Under the pieces are notes generated by a model, which did no database searches, was not told the origin of the DNA, and saw only the letters and a program-made list of their open reading frames with translations. This document shows positions 1-12,565 of a stretch of DNA of 64,000 bases, in pieces. Numbering within the stretch: the first letter of the stretch is position 1; each line of letters opens with the position of its first letter. Both the position numbers and the translations under genes were made by a program. This stretch comes from an uncultured Rivularia sp. (GTDB lineage: Bacteria; Cyanobacteriota; Cyanobacteriia; Cyanobacteriales; Nostocaceae): contig OY762007.1 of the NCBI GenBank assembly GCA_963665115.1, positions 4,928,001 through 4,992,000 on the forward strand, read 5' to 3'.

Positions 1-1155
1 TTCATTAACTTCGACAAAAGTTTTATGTTTAACTTGACTAATTTTGAGATTATTTCCCATTTCTGAGAAATTTGCATTGTTGCTAAATGCTTCTTCCATC
101 CCTAAAGCCGAAAGCGCATCTTTGAGTGTAGCTTCGTAATCCATTTTGAAGCGAGGTAAACGTATGGAGCCTTCTCGCTGCTCAAACTGAGACATCCATT
201 TTTCCCAATTAGCTGCATTTAAGTTTTCATACAAAGATGTTAAATTAGAGTTTTGTTTGGGTAAAAATACATAAAAGCTGACTCTACCATCACCATAAGG
301 TAAACTAACGGCTTGAAATTTATCGGTTTCGTAATATTTATATTCACCCGATTGTGACATCATCGGATGCTGTTTTTCCTCACCCGATGAAAGATAAAAA
401 GGATAGTTCTGTGTTTTCTCTTGCTCAAATTCCTTCGTCCAATTACCTTTAAAATAAATTGCGTTAACTAAAAACAGTACTTGAGCGGGTTGAATTTGAT
501 CTACAATTTTTTCTATTTTACCTTCTGTATTTTGTTTAACCCAATTATTTATTATACTGGGTGCATTTGCATCTGCAAAATTTATATTTGTTACTTTAGC
601 TTGATAAAAATCTTGATTATTCTTAATAAATTCTGGTTTTAAGATAGAATTTTTATCTGCCCATAACGAATTAGCTATATTTAATTGTACTTGAGAATCG
701 GGATTTTCTAAACTTGCTTTTAAGTCAGTGAAATTAGAATTTATTTGTTGCAAACTCATACCCTTTAATTCTAAAGCTTTAGCCATTGCTTCTTGAGTAT
801 TACCACTAGCACCGTTGTAAGTCATGGCTAAAGCAAAAGAGATACTTGAAGGTGAAACAAATATATTTTTGTTACGCTCTTGAGTTAATAATTGGGAGAA
901 TAAATTGAAGCCAAATTGAGTGTTGGCAGATACTAATTTTGTATCAAGTGATGCAGCTTTATCTGACATTGGTAATTCCGATTGTGGTAAAGAAGATTCA
1001 GCAAGAGCGCTGTTATTACTATTATTTAATTGAGAGCATCCGATCGCACCCATCAGCATAACGCTTGCAGCAGCAAGAACGTAACGTCTTCCCAAACTAA
1101 CTGCATAACGTCTTTGTAAAAAGTTTTGCCGAGCATTGCTAAAATTTCGTTTCAT
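1..1155 (-). CDS. Serpin family protein, likely lipoprotein; 3' end lies outside the window
   Basis: Not in the ORF track; translated by hand from ATG at 1155: MKRNFS..MLMGAIGC (lipobox-like)..NIFVSPSSISFALAMTYNGASG..LVNAIYFKGNW..HKTFVEVNE, classic serpin motifs. Confidence 0.9.
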   Translation of the reverse strand, partial: MKRNFSNARQNFLQRRYAVSLGRRYVLAAASVMLMGAIGCSQLNNSNNSALAESSLPQSELPMSDKAASLDTKLVSANTQFGFNLFSQLLTQERNKNIFVSPSSISFALAMTYNGASGNTQEAMAKALELKGMSLQQINSNFTDLKASLENPDSQVQLNIANSLWADKNSILKPEFIKNNQDFYQAKVTNINFADANAPSIINNWVKQNTEGKIEKIVDQIQPAQVLFLVNAIYFKGNWTKEFEQEKTQNYPFYLSSGEEKQHPMMSQSGEYKYYETDKFQAVSLPYGDGRVSFYVFLPKQNSNLTSLYENLNAANWEKWMSQFEQREGSIRLPRFKMDYEATLKDALSALGMEEAFSNNANFSEMGNNLKISQVKHKTFVEVNE

Positions 1156-1418
1156 ATCACCACTAATATAGCCATTTGGGCTTTATCCCAACTATGACAT
1201 CTGAAATTAATCAATAGCTGTATGGTTACAGTTTTAGCAACAGAATCTAACAAGTATTTATTTAACTATTGAATATAAAACTTTAATATTTTAGCTATAT
1301 AGATTACAAATATAACAGACATATCTTATACTATTCCATAGATAGAAGCAAAATTGATTTAATTAATTGGCATTTAAAATATTATAATTAGACCTACGAT
1401 ATATAAGCTTTTGGTGCA

Positions 1419-3822
1419 ATGAGCGACAAAAACTATAATTCTCCAAGCAATAATATTCTCTTTCAAGAAGTTTTAAGACTTGTTGAAAATTTAATTATGG
1501 CTAAGACAGACAAACATCTTTCAAATATCGAGGTTTTAGTTTTACGCGGTTCTTGGAAAGGTCATAAATACAACCAAATCGCCGCTGAGGGTGGTTATAC
1601 TGACGAGTATTTAAAAAATGACATCGGGCCAAAACTTTGGAAACGTTTATCACTGGCTTTAGAAAAAAAAGTTACAAAAAATAATTTTAAAGCAATTCTT
1701 GAGCAATATATTTATCAAGCAGAAAAAGGAAAATCTATAGCTAATAAATTATTTACTAAAGAAAGTTTTCTCGAACCAAATAATTTTACACAAACACCAC
1801 AACCTACATATCATAATCTTCCCTCGCGAGACTATACAAGATTAGTTGGTCGAGAAGCCCAAGCAAAAAAACTTTTGGAATTACTTTCTTTTGAATGGTC
1901 AATTCCTTGTGTCAGTATTGAAGGAATTGGAGGTGCTGGAAAAACAACTTTAGCTTTAGAAATTGCTTATCGTTGTTTAAAAGCAAGTAATGATGTTTAC
2001 CTGGGAAGAACCTCAGAAAATAATCTACCCTCTTTTGAATTAATAGTATTCACCTCTGCTAAATCTCACTTTTTTACACCCACAGGCGTTCTACCTCGCT
2101 TAAGAAGAGAAAGAGGATTAGTAGATATTTTTACAAGTATTATACGTACAATTAGCTTTTACGATTCTCAAACAACAAGTTTTGAAGAAACCTACGAGCA
2201 AATTTACAAATGCTTGGCAAATATGCGAACTTTGCTGATTATTGATAATTTAGATACCTTAGAAGAACAACAGCAAGTACTAAGCTTTTTATACGAACTT
2301 CCTCCAACAGTTAAAGCTTTAATCACTAGTAGAGAAAAAACCCCTTTCAATACTGTTGCTCTATCATCTTTGACTAAAACTGAAGCTTTAATATTAATTC
2401 AACAGCAGGCAGATGAAAAGCAAGTAGATTTGAATTTGAAGCAGTGCGTTTCAACTCTATCAAACTACAGGAGGAATTCCTGCTGCAATTATCTATGCCA
2501 TAAGTCAGCTAGCCGCTGGTTATACCTTCGATAGTACAACTTCTCAGTTAATGCCAACTCAAGGAGACTTCTGCCGTTTCTACTTTGAAAGCTCCGTGCA
2601 GAAACTGAAAGAAAAAGCAGCACATAAATTTTTAATGGCTTTGTCACTATTTACTAAACCTGCTTACTCCGAAACATTAAAGGCTATTGCTGGTGTAGAA
2701 AATCCTTTGGATGTAGCTGATGGTTTCGCTAAGTTGCAACAACTTTCTTTGATAAATTATCGTCAAGGACGTTACGAGATGCTACATTTGACTCGTGAAT
2801 ACGCACTTTCGGAAATGTCTAGTAATCCTGAATTTGAAATCAGTGCGCGTAACCGTTGGGTAAACTGGTATCTTAACTTTGCCCAAGAGCATGGGTGTAA
2901 AGATTGGCGAGAATGGCAAGATTATCAACACCTTGAAAATGAATGGGATAATTTGACAGACGTGCTTGAATGGTGCATAGCAAATAATCGTTATTATGAT
3001 GCCTGCAAACTTTGGCAATACATGAAATGTTACACATATTCACTTGCCTATCGTCAAAATCGTTTAAGTTTTTGGAATGCGCCGTTGTTATGGTTAGAAT
3101 GGCTTGGTGAAGCAGCAGTTGAGCGCGAAGACTTTAAAACCGCTGCTGAAATAATTGGCGATCGCGCTTGGAAGTTGACGTTAATAGGGCAAGAGCAGCA
3201 TTTAGCTGTAGCTAATAATTTGTTTAGTCAAGCTTGGCAATTACATCAACACCTTACATTAGATATGCAAGTGGATTTAGCGATTCATATAGGTGTATGG
3301 CATATCCAAGAGCAGCAATTTTTGCAAGCAACTCACTGGCTTAATCAAGCTCAAAATTTATTAGATAATTCCGATAGCTTAGATAATCTTCAAATTGATT
3401 CTTATATTAAAACTCGCTTATCCTTACACATTATTTATTATCAAGGCGAGATCTATTATAAAACTGAAAATTATCAAGAAAGTAAAATTTTATTTAAACA
3501 AATATTTCAACAAGCTCAATCAATTGGTTGGAGACGTGCGAGTCTTCTTGCTAAAGACTTTTTGGCTGATATTGCGATTAAGCAGGGAAAATTAAAGCAG
3601 GCACAAAATTATTTAGTAGAAATTTTGCAAGTAGCAGAAGATAATCAAGATAAATGTAGCCGAGCATATACAAAGCGTTCTTTAGCTCGCTTGGAAAGAA
3701 AATTAGGCAATTTGACTATAGCCCAACGCTGGATAAATGAAGCAATGGCAGATTTTGAAACTTTAGGCATGAAGCCAGAAGTACGAGAAGCTCAAGCATT
3801 ACTTCAAGCTATTGAATCTTAA
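1419..3822 (+). CDS. N-terminal HTH-like domain + NB-ARC (STAND) NTPase + TPR-like helical repeats; one gene split by a frameshift near 2448
   Basis: Walker A GIGGAGKTT, Walker B LLIIDNLD, LITSR; the alternative frame from ~2449 reads FQLYQTTGGIPAAI (GxP motif) and runs directly into ORF 2551..3822. Confidence 0.8.
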
Positions 3823-4243
3823 TCAAATTAGATTTGAAAAGAGCTTATTTCCGAACAATAACTTATAATCAAGTGTATCGTATTTATTCTTGCTAAAAGA
3901 AAAATATAGCGTTATTGTTTTGCAACTTTTTTAATAATTGAAATTTATTTTTCAACTAAAATAACTACCTTTTACTTAACTTTTCCCTGCTGACAAATGA
4001 TAAATATTGCTTAATAATCTGAAAGTGTCATCTGTTTGTTACCTATAAAGTAGTTTGCCTTATTCAAGGTATACACAGTCTGGAACAAACTGATAGAGGT
4101 TTTTAAGTCAGGGTGACATCTTTTCTCACGCTTATAAAAAAGATAAGCATCACGCCAGGGGGATATATTTTATAGCATTTTGACAGCGACTTCAAAGTAT
4201 AGGGACTATATATCTAATTTTTATTAAAGTGTAACTAACAAGA

Positions 4244-4747
4244 ATGAACAATAATACAGTAAGTACTTTAGTAGTTATAGACCCCGCTATTAAAGATTTT
4301 CACTTATTAGAAAGACGTATTTCAGAAGGCATTATACCTCAAGCAGAAGTATTAGTATTAGAACCAAATAAGAAAGAAGTACAGCAAATTACTCGTACCT
4401 TACAAAAATACGCACAACTTTCATACCTTCATATTATTTCACAAGGTTCTCCAGGTTGTTTGTATCTAGGAAATAGTAGTTTATCCATGCATAACTTTAA
4501 CTACTTTGCTCCTCAATTGAAAAAGTGGCCAGTTAGCAATATTTTATTGTATGGCTGCAACGTAGGCTCTCAGACAATAGGCAAAAAATTTATTCTACGT
4601 TTGTACAAAACAACCGGCGCAAAAATTTCTACTTTAGTTAGCAGTTCGGGAATGCATACAAAAGTAGGAGTTGGTAATTGGACTACCAGTGAATATACAT
4701 TAATAAAACCAGAGTTATCAGTATTAACGGCATCGGTTAATCGTTGA
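4244..4747 (+). CDS. Stand-alone DUF4347-like domain protein
   Basis: LVVIDP..LHIISQGSPGCLYLG..ILLYGCNVG..FI.RL...TGA pattern. Confidence 0.75.
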   Translation: MNNNTVSTLVVIDPAIKDFHLLERRISEGIIPQAEVLVLEPNKKEVQQITRTLQKYAQLSYLHIISQGSPGCLYLGNSSLSMHNFNYFAPQLKKWPVSNILLYGCNVGSQTIGKKFILRLYKTTGAKISTLVSSSGMHTKVGVGNWTTSEYTLIKPELSVLTASVNR

Positions 4748-4935
4748 AGAAAATTAAATGGCGATTGTAGTATAGCCATTGAAAATAAAAAATAGATGGT
4801 TGTTAGTGGCAGCATCTTGCTCTCCGATCGCAATATCCGCAAGATGCTCCCGCTACGGAAATTAATTGGAACGACTATATCTTCTGGACTATTGAATAGT
4901 TGCATTTATTAATTATTTACTCTAAACAATATTTT

Positions 4936-5463
4936 ATGTTTAACGAGCAGAAAGTCAGCTTTGACACCGTTCGTACTTTAGTCGTTATTGACGATGCTGT
5001 GGAAGACTTTCAAAGTTTGGTTAAAGTTTTACTACCTTCATCAGAAATAATTGTAATTCAACCCAACCACCACGAAGTTGAACAAATTACTCAAGTTTTA
5101 AATAAATTTACCCAGATCCAAAATCTTCATATTATTTCTAACGGTTCACCAGGTTGTTTATATTTGGGAAAGAGTCATTTAAGCTTGTTTACTCTTAATA
5201 GCTATGCTTCTCAACTTAAAAATTGGTCAATTTTTAATATATTACTTTACGGGTGTAATGTTGCTGCTGAAAATGTCGGAAAGGTATTTATTCAACGCTT
5301 GCATTTATTGACAGGTGCTAATATTGGCGCATCAATCTGGAAAGTAGATGATGCAGCCAAAAGTGTTTGTTTGCAATTGAATTATTTTATCGGAGAAATA
5401 AACTCAAATTTGGCAATATTACCTCCAATATTGCATAGCAATTTAAAAGCCTTTCAAGATTAG
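4936..5463 (+). CDS. Stand-alone DUF4347-like domain protein (paralog of the upstream gene)
   Basis: LVVIDDAVEDFQSL..LHIISNGSPGCLYLG..ILLYGCNVAA..TGANIGAS; ATG at 4936 chosen over TTG 4900. Confidence 0.75.
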   Translation: MFNEQKVSFDTVRTLVVIDDAVEDFQSLVKVLLPSSEIIVIQPNHHEVEQITQVLNKFTQIQNLHIISNGSPGCLYLGKSHLSLFTLNSYASQLKNWSIFNILLYGCNVAAENVGKVFIQRLHLLTGANIGASIWKVDDAAKSVCLQLNYFIGEINSNLAILPPILHSNLKAFQD

Positions 5464-5532
5464 TAATAATAGGGAACAATAAATAATTATAAAAGAAGAT
5501 AAATCCAAGGTTATAAAAAAATATTCCTTGAA

Positions 5533-6054
5533 TTAATCTAGTAAAGATTCCATGCAAAAAACTTTACCAAAATCTACACGCGGTCGAGCAAGTTGTGTTA
5601 TCTTACCAATAGGTTGACAGTCAGCCGCAACGCTTTGTTTATTAGCAATATTCATACTTATTCCAAAGTGTTCTTGAAAAAGCACTTGGGTTTTCTCGAA
5701 ACCTTTTTGTAAGTTGTCTCGATCTATTTTCCCCCGCTCGCCAAAGTAAGGAAAATGATGAATAAACTTACCAAATAGTATTTCGCAGTCTTCAGCGTAT
5801 TTCATCGTATCAAGAATGTGAAAATGCCATACTCGGTCAATTTCTAAATTGGGAACAAGTTGACTGTTAGGGTAAAGGTGAATTAACAGCAAAAACATTC
5901 TATAATTTAATATAGCTTCTTCTGTTTGTTGAACATTCCATTTCTCTTCCTTAGAATGTATCAGTTTATAGGCAATTGGCTGTAAATCGAGCCGTGTTAA
6001 TTTTCCGATAAACATCCGCACATCGGTAGGTAAAGTAGATTTAACGAATAACAT
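5533..6054 (-). CDS. Glycine-rich-domain-containing protein-like (DUF1399/GRDP-like)
   Basis: LVP..EIDRVWH.HILDT.KY..DC..LFG.FIHH.P signature. Confidence 0.65.
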   Translation of the reverse strand: MLFVKSTLPTDVRMFIGKLTRLDLQPIAYKLIHSKEEKWNVQQTEEAILNYRMFLLLIHLYPNSQLVPNLEIDRVWHFHILDTMKYAEDCEILFGKFIHHFPYFGERGKIDRDNLQKGFEKTQVLFQEHFGISMNIANKQSVAADCQPIGKITQLARPRVDFGKVFCMESLLD

Positions 6055-6466
6055 TTCTGTTGCTCTTGGTAAAAGAATTGAGTAAAGAGAAAATTTAATT
6101 CCACATACTAAGTTCCGTTGAAATTAATTCTCTATCCGGGTTTTTTCTAATACAACGTTGTGTTTTATACTTACTTCATTTTAATGTAAAGTTTTGATGA
6201 AGAAGTTGGAAGTAATTGCAAGAATTCGCAAATATAAAATAACTAATTGACATTTGTCTAATTAGAAAATTGTGTTGATTTTTTATAGCGTTTTGATTAG
6301 GGTTTGCTGAATATGGGAACTCTAACTCCCTCAAAAAGGTCGGCTTTACGTAAGTCCTAATTAAGATTTCAATTCAAGATATTAAAAATCAACATACGAA
6401 AAAACAAGGGTATACAAAGTACCCTTTATTTAAATATTTAACTAAGACTAAACCAATTATTTATGA

Positions 6467-8072
6467 TTATTTAGATGCAGTCCACCAAGCTAAAGCATAA
6501 TTTTGAGTTGGTTCGTTGATGCTATTTTTAAATTTGACGCTAATTTTATAATTACCATCTTCAGGTACTTTACAAAAAATATGTTCTACGCTATCAACTC
6601 GGCTAACAGAAGCGCAAGCACTGCGATTATCTTTATCTTTTCCATCTGCTTTAACTAAATGCAAATCGAGATTATTTAAACCGCGATCGCGAAAAATCTC
6701 ACCTTTATCATATTTCCCATTCTTGTTAGTATCGCCAAGTTCTACCAACCTATCCCAAGCTAAAGTAACGGCAACAAAACTACCTTTTTGCAAAGATTTT
6801 GCTAAAGTATAATCGGCAGATGTTCCGGCGAAAATTGCCCGGTAATCCCAACCAATAGCGGGTACTGCTTTTTCTGGACTCCATTGTCCGGCACTAAACT
6901 GTTGATAAGCACGAAAAGCGTTTAAATGTCCGGTTCCCATTTGGGTATGCAAGGGAATTGCTGCATCTTTGTAAGCATCAGAATCCAACCAATCTTTATT
7001 TTGTTTGTCGATTAAAGTGCGAGTCATTCCCAACTTCAAGCCATTTCCATCATCTTTAATTTTCTCGCTGGAATTGAGCAAAACAGCTTTCATCACTTCA
7101 TGACGACGAGAATCAATACTCCAGGCAACTTTCTGTGATGATGATAATTTTTTCTGCCTGACTAACGTGCGATCGCCAAATTCTTGCAGCAAAGCCACAG
7201 TACCTGTAAGGTGAGGAGTTGCAAAACTCGTTCCAGTAACTTTTTTAATTTGTCCGTTTGGATTGAGTAAACTAATTCGATTTCCAGGAGCAACTATGCT
7301 GATAGTACGACGGGGACCTAAATTAAGTTCCTTCCCGGATAAACGTGCAGTCATTGACTGATTAATAGCCACCAAATTGGAAACATCAAGTTTTCTAAAC
7401 ATCTCTCCTCGGCGAGAGGAAAAAGCAACGTTCACTCCATTAAAATTATCTGTAGGAATGGGAATTCCGCCCTTACCTTGATTCCCAGCAATAGCATATA
7501 AAACATTATGAACGCGACTAGACCAATCAACGCATAATGTAAGTAAAGCTTTACCATCCAAAACGGGTTCCGGTCTGGGGGTCGCGGCTCAGAGGCTCGC
7601 CAAAGCTAAAGTTAATAGCACGAACATCATTACCATTTTGTAAAGCAATGTGTTGTGCCGAGAGACATTCCTCCGGTTGACCCATGCCCTTGGTAGAGCC
7701 GACAGCAGAAGAATACAAACGCGCTCCTGGAGCAACACCTCGAAACCCTTTGTCATTGCTAACCATCACCCCAGCAACATTATAGGCATGAGGATCGACA
7801 CCTTTATTCGATAAGCCAGGTTTATTACGTTGAAAAACACCCGCTAAAGTTATAGAACGATTTTTAGAAACAGATTTATCTACACCAAATTGACCCGGAC
7901 GACCAATTTCCACTTGACCCAGAGCAATTTTTCGACCAAATAAATTATATGGTGGTTGATGTAGCCTCAAAGCATCAATACCCCCACTACCAACAGAAGT
8001 AGTCAAAGCAAATACCGGAACGCTCAAGCAAGAAGCACTTAATCCCCAAATCACCCAGGTTAGTTTTTTCAT
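6467..8072 (-). CDS. Secreted S8 subtilisin-like peptidase; split by +1 frameshift in G run 7577-7581
   Basis: Signal peptide, PHAYNVAG, AIAGN, VAPG, TGTSFATPH; removing one base gives continuous SRDPRPEPVLDGKALL. Confidence 0.85.
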
Positions 8073-8081
8073 AAAGTAGTA

Positions 8082-8200
8082 GATAGTTGTTAGTTGTTAG
8101 TGGTTATTAGTTAGTTATTAGGAGTTAGGAGTTAGTAGTTGACAATTATCAATTACCAATTACCAATGCCCCATCCCCAATGCCCAATGCCCAATTCCCA
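8082..8200. repeat. STRR-type heptamer tandem repeats
   Basis: TAGTTGT/TAGGAGT/CAATTAC/CCAATGC tandem units. Confidence 0.8.
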
Positions 8201-8287
8201 AATATTTTATTTTGTTTTTTTTATGAGAAAAATATCAATATTTTGTTACAATGCATACAGAAGAGGACGCTTTAAGACCCCCTAGCC

Positions 8288-8998
8288 ATGATCAATAAAA
8301 ATTCTAAAAAACCCGTTGTTATCGCTCCATCCATTCTATCAGCGGATTTTAGCCGTCTGGGAGACGAAGTTCGCGCTATAGATGAAGCGGGAGCTGATTG
8401 GATTCACGTTGATGTAATGGATGGTCGTTTTGTACCTAATATAACGATAGGTCCTCTAATCGTGGAAGCGCTTCGTCCGGTAACTAAAAAGCCTTTGGAT
8501 GTCCACTTGATGATTGTGGAACCTGAAAAGTATGTAGAGGATTTTGCGAAAGCTGGTGCAGACCATATTTATGTTCATTGCGAGCATAATGCTTCTCCTC
8601 ACTTACATCGCACTTTAGGACAAATCAAGGAGCTTGGTAAAAAGGCAGGAGTTGTACTAAATCCCGGCACTTCTTTAGACATGATTGATTACTGTCTGGA
8701 TTTGTGCGATTTAGTATTGATAATGAGCGTTAACCCCGGTTTTGGCGGTCAAAGCTTTATCCCTGGAGTCTTACCTAAAATCCGCAAACTGCGTCAAATG
8801 TGCGACGAACGCGGACTCGATCCTTGGATTGAAGTTGATGGCGGACTCAAAGTAAATAATACCTGGCAAGTTTTAGAAGCTGGTGCGAATGCAATTGTTG
8901 CAGGTTCGGCAGTCTTCAAAGCCAAAAACTACAAAGAAGCCATCGAGGGTATTCGCAACAGCAAGCGTCCCGAAGAAGTTTTACCCAAGGCTTCCTAA
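8288..8998 (+). CDS. rpe: Ribulose-phosphate 3-epimerase
   Basis: [42 protein letters not shown]. Confidence 0.97.
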   Translation: MINKNSKKPVVIAPSILSADFSRLGDEVRAIDEAGADWIHVDVMDGRFVPNITIGPLIVEALRPVTKKPLDVHLMIVEPEKYVEDFAKAGADHIYVHCEHNASPHLHRTLGQIKELGKKAGVVLNPGTSLDMIDYCLDLCDLVLIMSVNPGFGGQSFIPGVLPKIRKLRQMCDERGLDPWIEVDGGLKVNNTWQVLEAGANAIVAGSAVFKAKNYKEAIEGIRNSKRPEEVLPKAS

Positions 8999-9080
8999 CA
9001 CAAATTAATTAAATATTCCCATCACCTGATACCCCCTCCTCTTAAATTAGCGGAGGGAATTTTTTATCTCATTATAAAAA

Positions 9081-9110
9081 TGTAGAGACGGGGCGCAATG
9101 CTACGTCTCC
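9081..9110. repeat. REP-like GTAG hairpin repeat, family A (other copies at 11824-11851, 16384-16411, 22054-22080, 32434-32461)
   Basis: Consensus TGTAGAGACGTAGCAnTGCTACGTCTCC; five intergenic copies, each downstream of a gene 3' end. Confidence 0.8.
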
Positions 9111-9150
9111 ATTAAAGTCTGTATTAAAACCAATTAATTACATTTCAAAT

Positions 9151-9550
9151 CTAATCCAAGAAACCCATCAAAGAGAAACTATCATCAACTTCATTAGAAG
9201 CAACCGGACGATTACCCATAACTCTATAAGTTTCCGAAACCACTAGATCGCTCTTAGCAATAGGACGAATTCCAGATAGATTAATTGTTTCAGTAAACTG
9301 CATCTTATTAGCTGCGATGGGACGAATTCCCATAACATTCATCGTTTCAACTATTTGTAAGTCGCTGCTGGTAATCGGACGTTGCCCCGGCAGAGCAAGG
9401 GGGTCCGGTAATTTCTTTCGCAGAACCCTCTTTTACATTATCTGTACTCATGCTTTCACCTTTTATATTTTCTAGTTTTGAACTGGTTTTTGCTCCAGTA
9501 TTGGTTCGCCTTCGAGTACTGGCTCTTCTACCATTACTGCTTACGGTCAT
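9151..9550 (-). CDS. Hypothetical protein with four ~19-aa GxRP(I/V) repeats; split by +1 frameshift at 9399-9403
   Basis: Removing one base joins ORFs 9347..9550 and 9151..9342: GPLALPGQRPITSSDLQIVETMNVMGIRPI... Confidence 0.7.
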
Positions 9551-9814
9551 AATCTTATACCTCTAATAGATAAATGAATTTAACTATGCTTTAGTAAATA
9601 AAAAATTTACTTTTATTCATCAAGTGTAACTTTAAAAAACCTTCTATAGGTATAAGTATCTTGAAAAATGAGACATAAGTCAAACTTAAGTATTAAGTAT
9701 TAACTATTGTAAAGATAAATGTATATAAATTATATTTTTTAGATTCAGATTCAAAGCTTCCCTATACGGCACTATTCGCTACCATTAAATAGGTTAAACT
9801 TTTTGCAAGCTGTG

Positions 9815-11819
9815 ATGAAAAATTTTCTGGTAAAAGCTCCTTTTGAACCCACAGGCGACCAGCCCAAGGCTATCGAGCAGCTTGTGGAAACTATTGAAGC
9901 AGGGAATCGCTATCAAACGCTTTTAGGTGCAACTGGTACTGGAAAAACTCACACCATTGCAAGGGTGATAGAAAAAATAGGTAAAGCCACTCTTGTCTTG
10001 GCGCATAATAAAACTCTTGCTGCACAGCTTTGTAATGAATTACGCGAGTTTTTCCCTAACAATGCGGTGGAATACTTTATTAGTTATTACGACTATTATC
10101 AGCCAGAAGCTTATATTCCCGTAACTGATACTTACATAGAAAAAACGGCTCAAATCAATGACGAAATCGATATGTTGCGACATTCTGCAACGAGGTCTTT
10201 ATTTGAACGTAAAGATGTTATTGTTGTTGCTTCAATTAGCTGTATTTATGGTTTGGGGATGCCCACAGAGTATTTAAATGCAGCTATTCCGTTTCAAGTT
10301 GGGATGGACGTAGACCAGCGGGAAATACTTAGGAGTTTAGTAGCAATTCAGTATAGCCGTAACGATATCGAAATGGGGTCGCGGAAAGTTTAGGGTTCGC
10401 GGCGATGTTTTGGAAATAGGACCAGCATACGAAGATAGAATTATTCGTATTGAGTTTTTTGGCGATGAAATCGACGCTATTCGCTATATTGATCCAGTTA
10501 CAGGTGAAATTCTGCAAAGTTTGCCAGCAGTTAATCTTTATCCAGCGCGTCACTTTGTCACACCGAAAGACAGGTTGGAAGTAGCTTGCGCCGATATTGA
10601 AGCAGAATTAAAAGCACGTAAAGCAGAATTAGAAGAAGCCGCTAAATTATTAGAAGCGCAACGTATAGATCAACGCTGTCGCTACGATTTGGAAATGCTG
10701 CGGGAAGTCGGTTATTGTAACGGCGTAGAAAACTATTCGCGTCATTTAGCAGGTAGAAAAGCGGGAGAACCTCCAGAATGTTTGATTGATTATTTTCCCA
10801 AAGATTGGATGTTGGTAATTGATGAATCTCACGTTACCGTTCCCCAAATTCGCGGGATGTATAATGGCGACCAAGCAAGAAAAAAAGTTTTAATTGAGCA
10901 TGGTTTTCGTCTTCCTAGTGCTGCCGATAATCGTCCTTTAAAAGCAGAAGAATTTTGGACAAAAGTTAATCAGTGTATTTTTGCTTCTGCAACTCCTGGA
11001 AATTGGGAATTAGAAGTTTCTGGAGATAATATTGCCGAGCAAATTATTAGACCAACTGGAGTAATCGATCCAGAAGTTATTGTACGTCCGACTGATGGTC
11101 AAATTGATGATTTGTTAGGAGAAATAAAAGACCGAGTAGACCTTAACGAACGAGTTTTAATTACTACCTTAACCAAGCGTATGGCTGAGGATTTAACAGA
11201 GTATTTAGAAGATAACGGTATTCGCGTTAGATATTTACATTCGGAGATTAATTCGATTCAAAGAATTGAAATTATTCAAGATTTACGCGATGGTGTCTTT
11301 GATGTATTAGTTGGTGTTAACTTGTTGCGGGAAGGTTTGGATTTACCCGAAGTTTCTTTAGTGGCAATTTTAGATGCTGATAAAGAAGGATTCTTACGTG
11401 CAGAGCGTTCTTTAATTCAAACTATTGGTAGAGCAGCGCGTCACATTAGAGGACAAGCTATTTTATATGCCGATAAAATGACCGATAGCATGATTAAAGC
11501 TATCGATGAAACCGAACGTCGTCGCGGTATTCAAACGGCACACAATAAAATGCATAATATTACCCCGCAGCCGATTGCGAAAAAGAAATCCAGCAATGCG
11601 ATTTTATCTTTCTTAGAAGTATCGCGGCGGTTAAATTCACAAGATTTACAAGTAGTAGACGAACACGTTGATGAAATACCTTTAGAAAATATTCCACAAT
11701 TAGTTAATAAGTTAGAAGCACAGATGAAAGATGCTGCAAAAAATCTACAATTTGAAGAAGCCGCGAAGTTTAGAGATCGGATTAAGCATTTAAGAGATAA
11801 GTTGGTGGGAAGAAGTTAG
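9815..11819 (+). CDS. uvrB: Excinuclease ABC subunit B; split by +1 frameshift in G run 10375-10378
   Basis: [35 protein letters not shown]-terminal UVR motif; corrected frame reads [18 protein letters not shown]. Confidence 0.95.
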
Positions 11820-12022
11820 GAATTGTAGAGACGTAGCAATGCTACGTCTCCCGGCATTATGGTTGATGTCAAGAATGCAATGAAATAGTATTAAAAGTTA
11901 AAAGTTTGGAGGGGAGCATCTTGGCGCTGTTCGTTCATGAAACATCATTTAAATCATATTCTTAATCATACTTCAGTGTAATTGCTGAAGATTTCATAAA
12001 ATGTGGAGTTGATAAATAGTTT

Positions 12023-12376
12023 TTAATGTTGATTTCTGCTATTCTTTGCATTCTTATCTTTAGCCCTACCCAAACTTTTTTGAATCGCATTCAGCAGAGT
12101 CTCTTTATCAAGCCGATATTCGTGAATATTAGAATCAGCTTGAGTGCTACCAGTTCCCTTTATAGAAAAAGATTTATTCACAAGCGCCAATTGAGCATCA
12201 AGAATCTTAGGATGCTTTTGATACCAAGTAGCAATAGCATTTGATAGTTGCTCGGTATCGTCAGGTATATTACTCATGAACTCCTTTAAATTGACAATCT
12301 TTTCTTGAGAAAACAAAGCAGGTTGAGTTTTGAGTAAATCGATAAAAGCGTCTAAATTTTGCTCTGCAAACGTCAT
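12023..12376 (-). CDS. Hypothetical protein
   Basis: 117-aa ORF with AGGAG RBS upstream of the ATG. Confidence 0.6.
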   Translation of the reverse strand: MTFAEQNLDAFIDLLKTQPALFSQEKIVNLKEFMSNIPDDTEQLSNAIATWYQKHPKILDAQLALVNKSFSIKGTGSTQADSNIHEYRLDKETLLNAIQKSLGRAKDKNAKNSRNQH

Positions 12377-12413
12377 ATTTTAACTCCTAATATTTAGCCA
12401 AGCCTCACCGAAT

Positions 12414-12488
12414 CGCCCCCTAGCCCCCAAAATTGGGGAGACAAGAATATTTTCCTGCGTCCCCCAGAATTGGGGGATTTAGGGGGCG
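12414..12488. repeat. GC-rich palindromic small dispersed element
   Basis: Terminal inverted repeat CGCCCCCTA/TAGGGGGCG with two internal CCCCA..AATTGGGG units. Confidence 0.65.
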
Positions 12489-12565
12489 CCCATAGGCTGA
12501 AACGAAGACGGGTAGGACTTATGTGTACACCGTAGCTTTACAAGGAGAGGGGCTGGGGTGAGGTT

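Noticed and set aside
9803..11819. uvrB (and sir) as true pseudogenes
   Set aside because: Single homopolymer +1 with otherwise intact conserved sequence; shared error context
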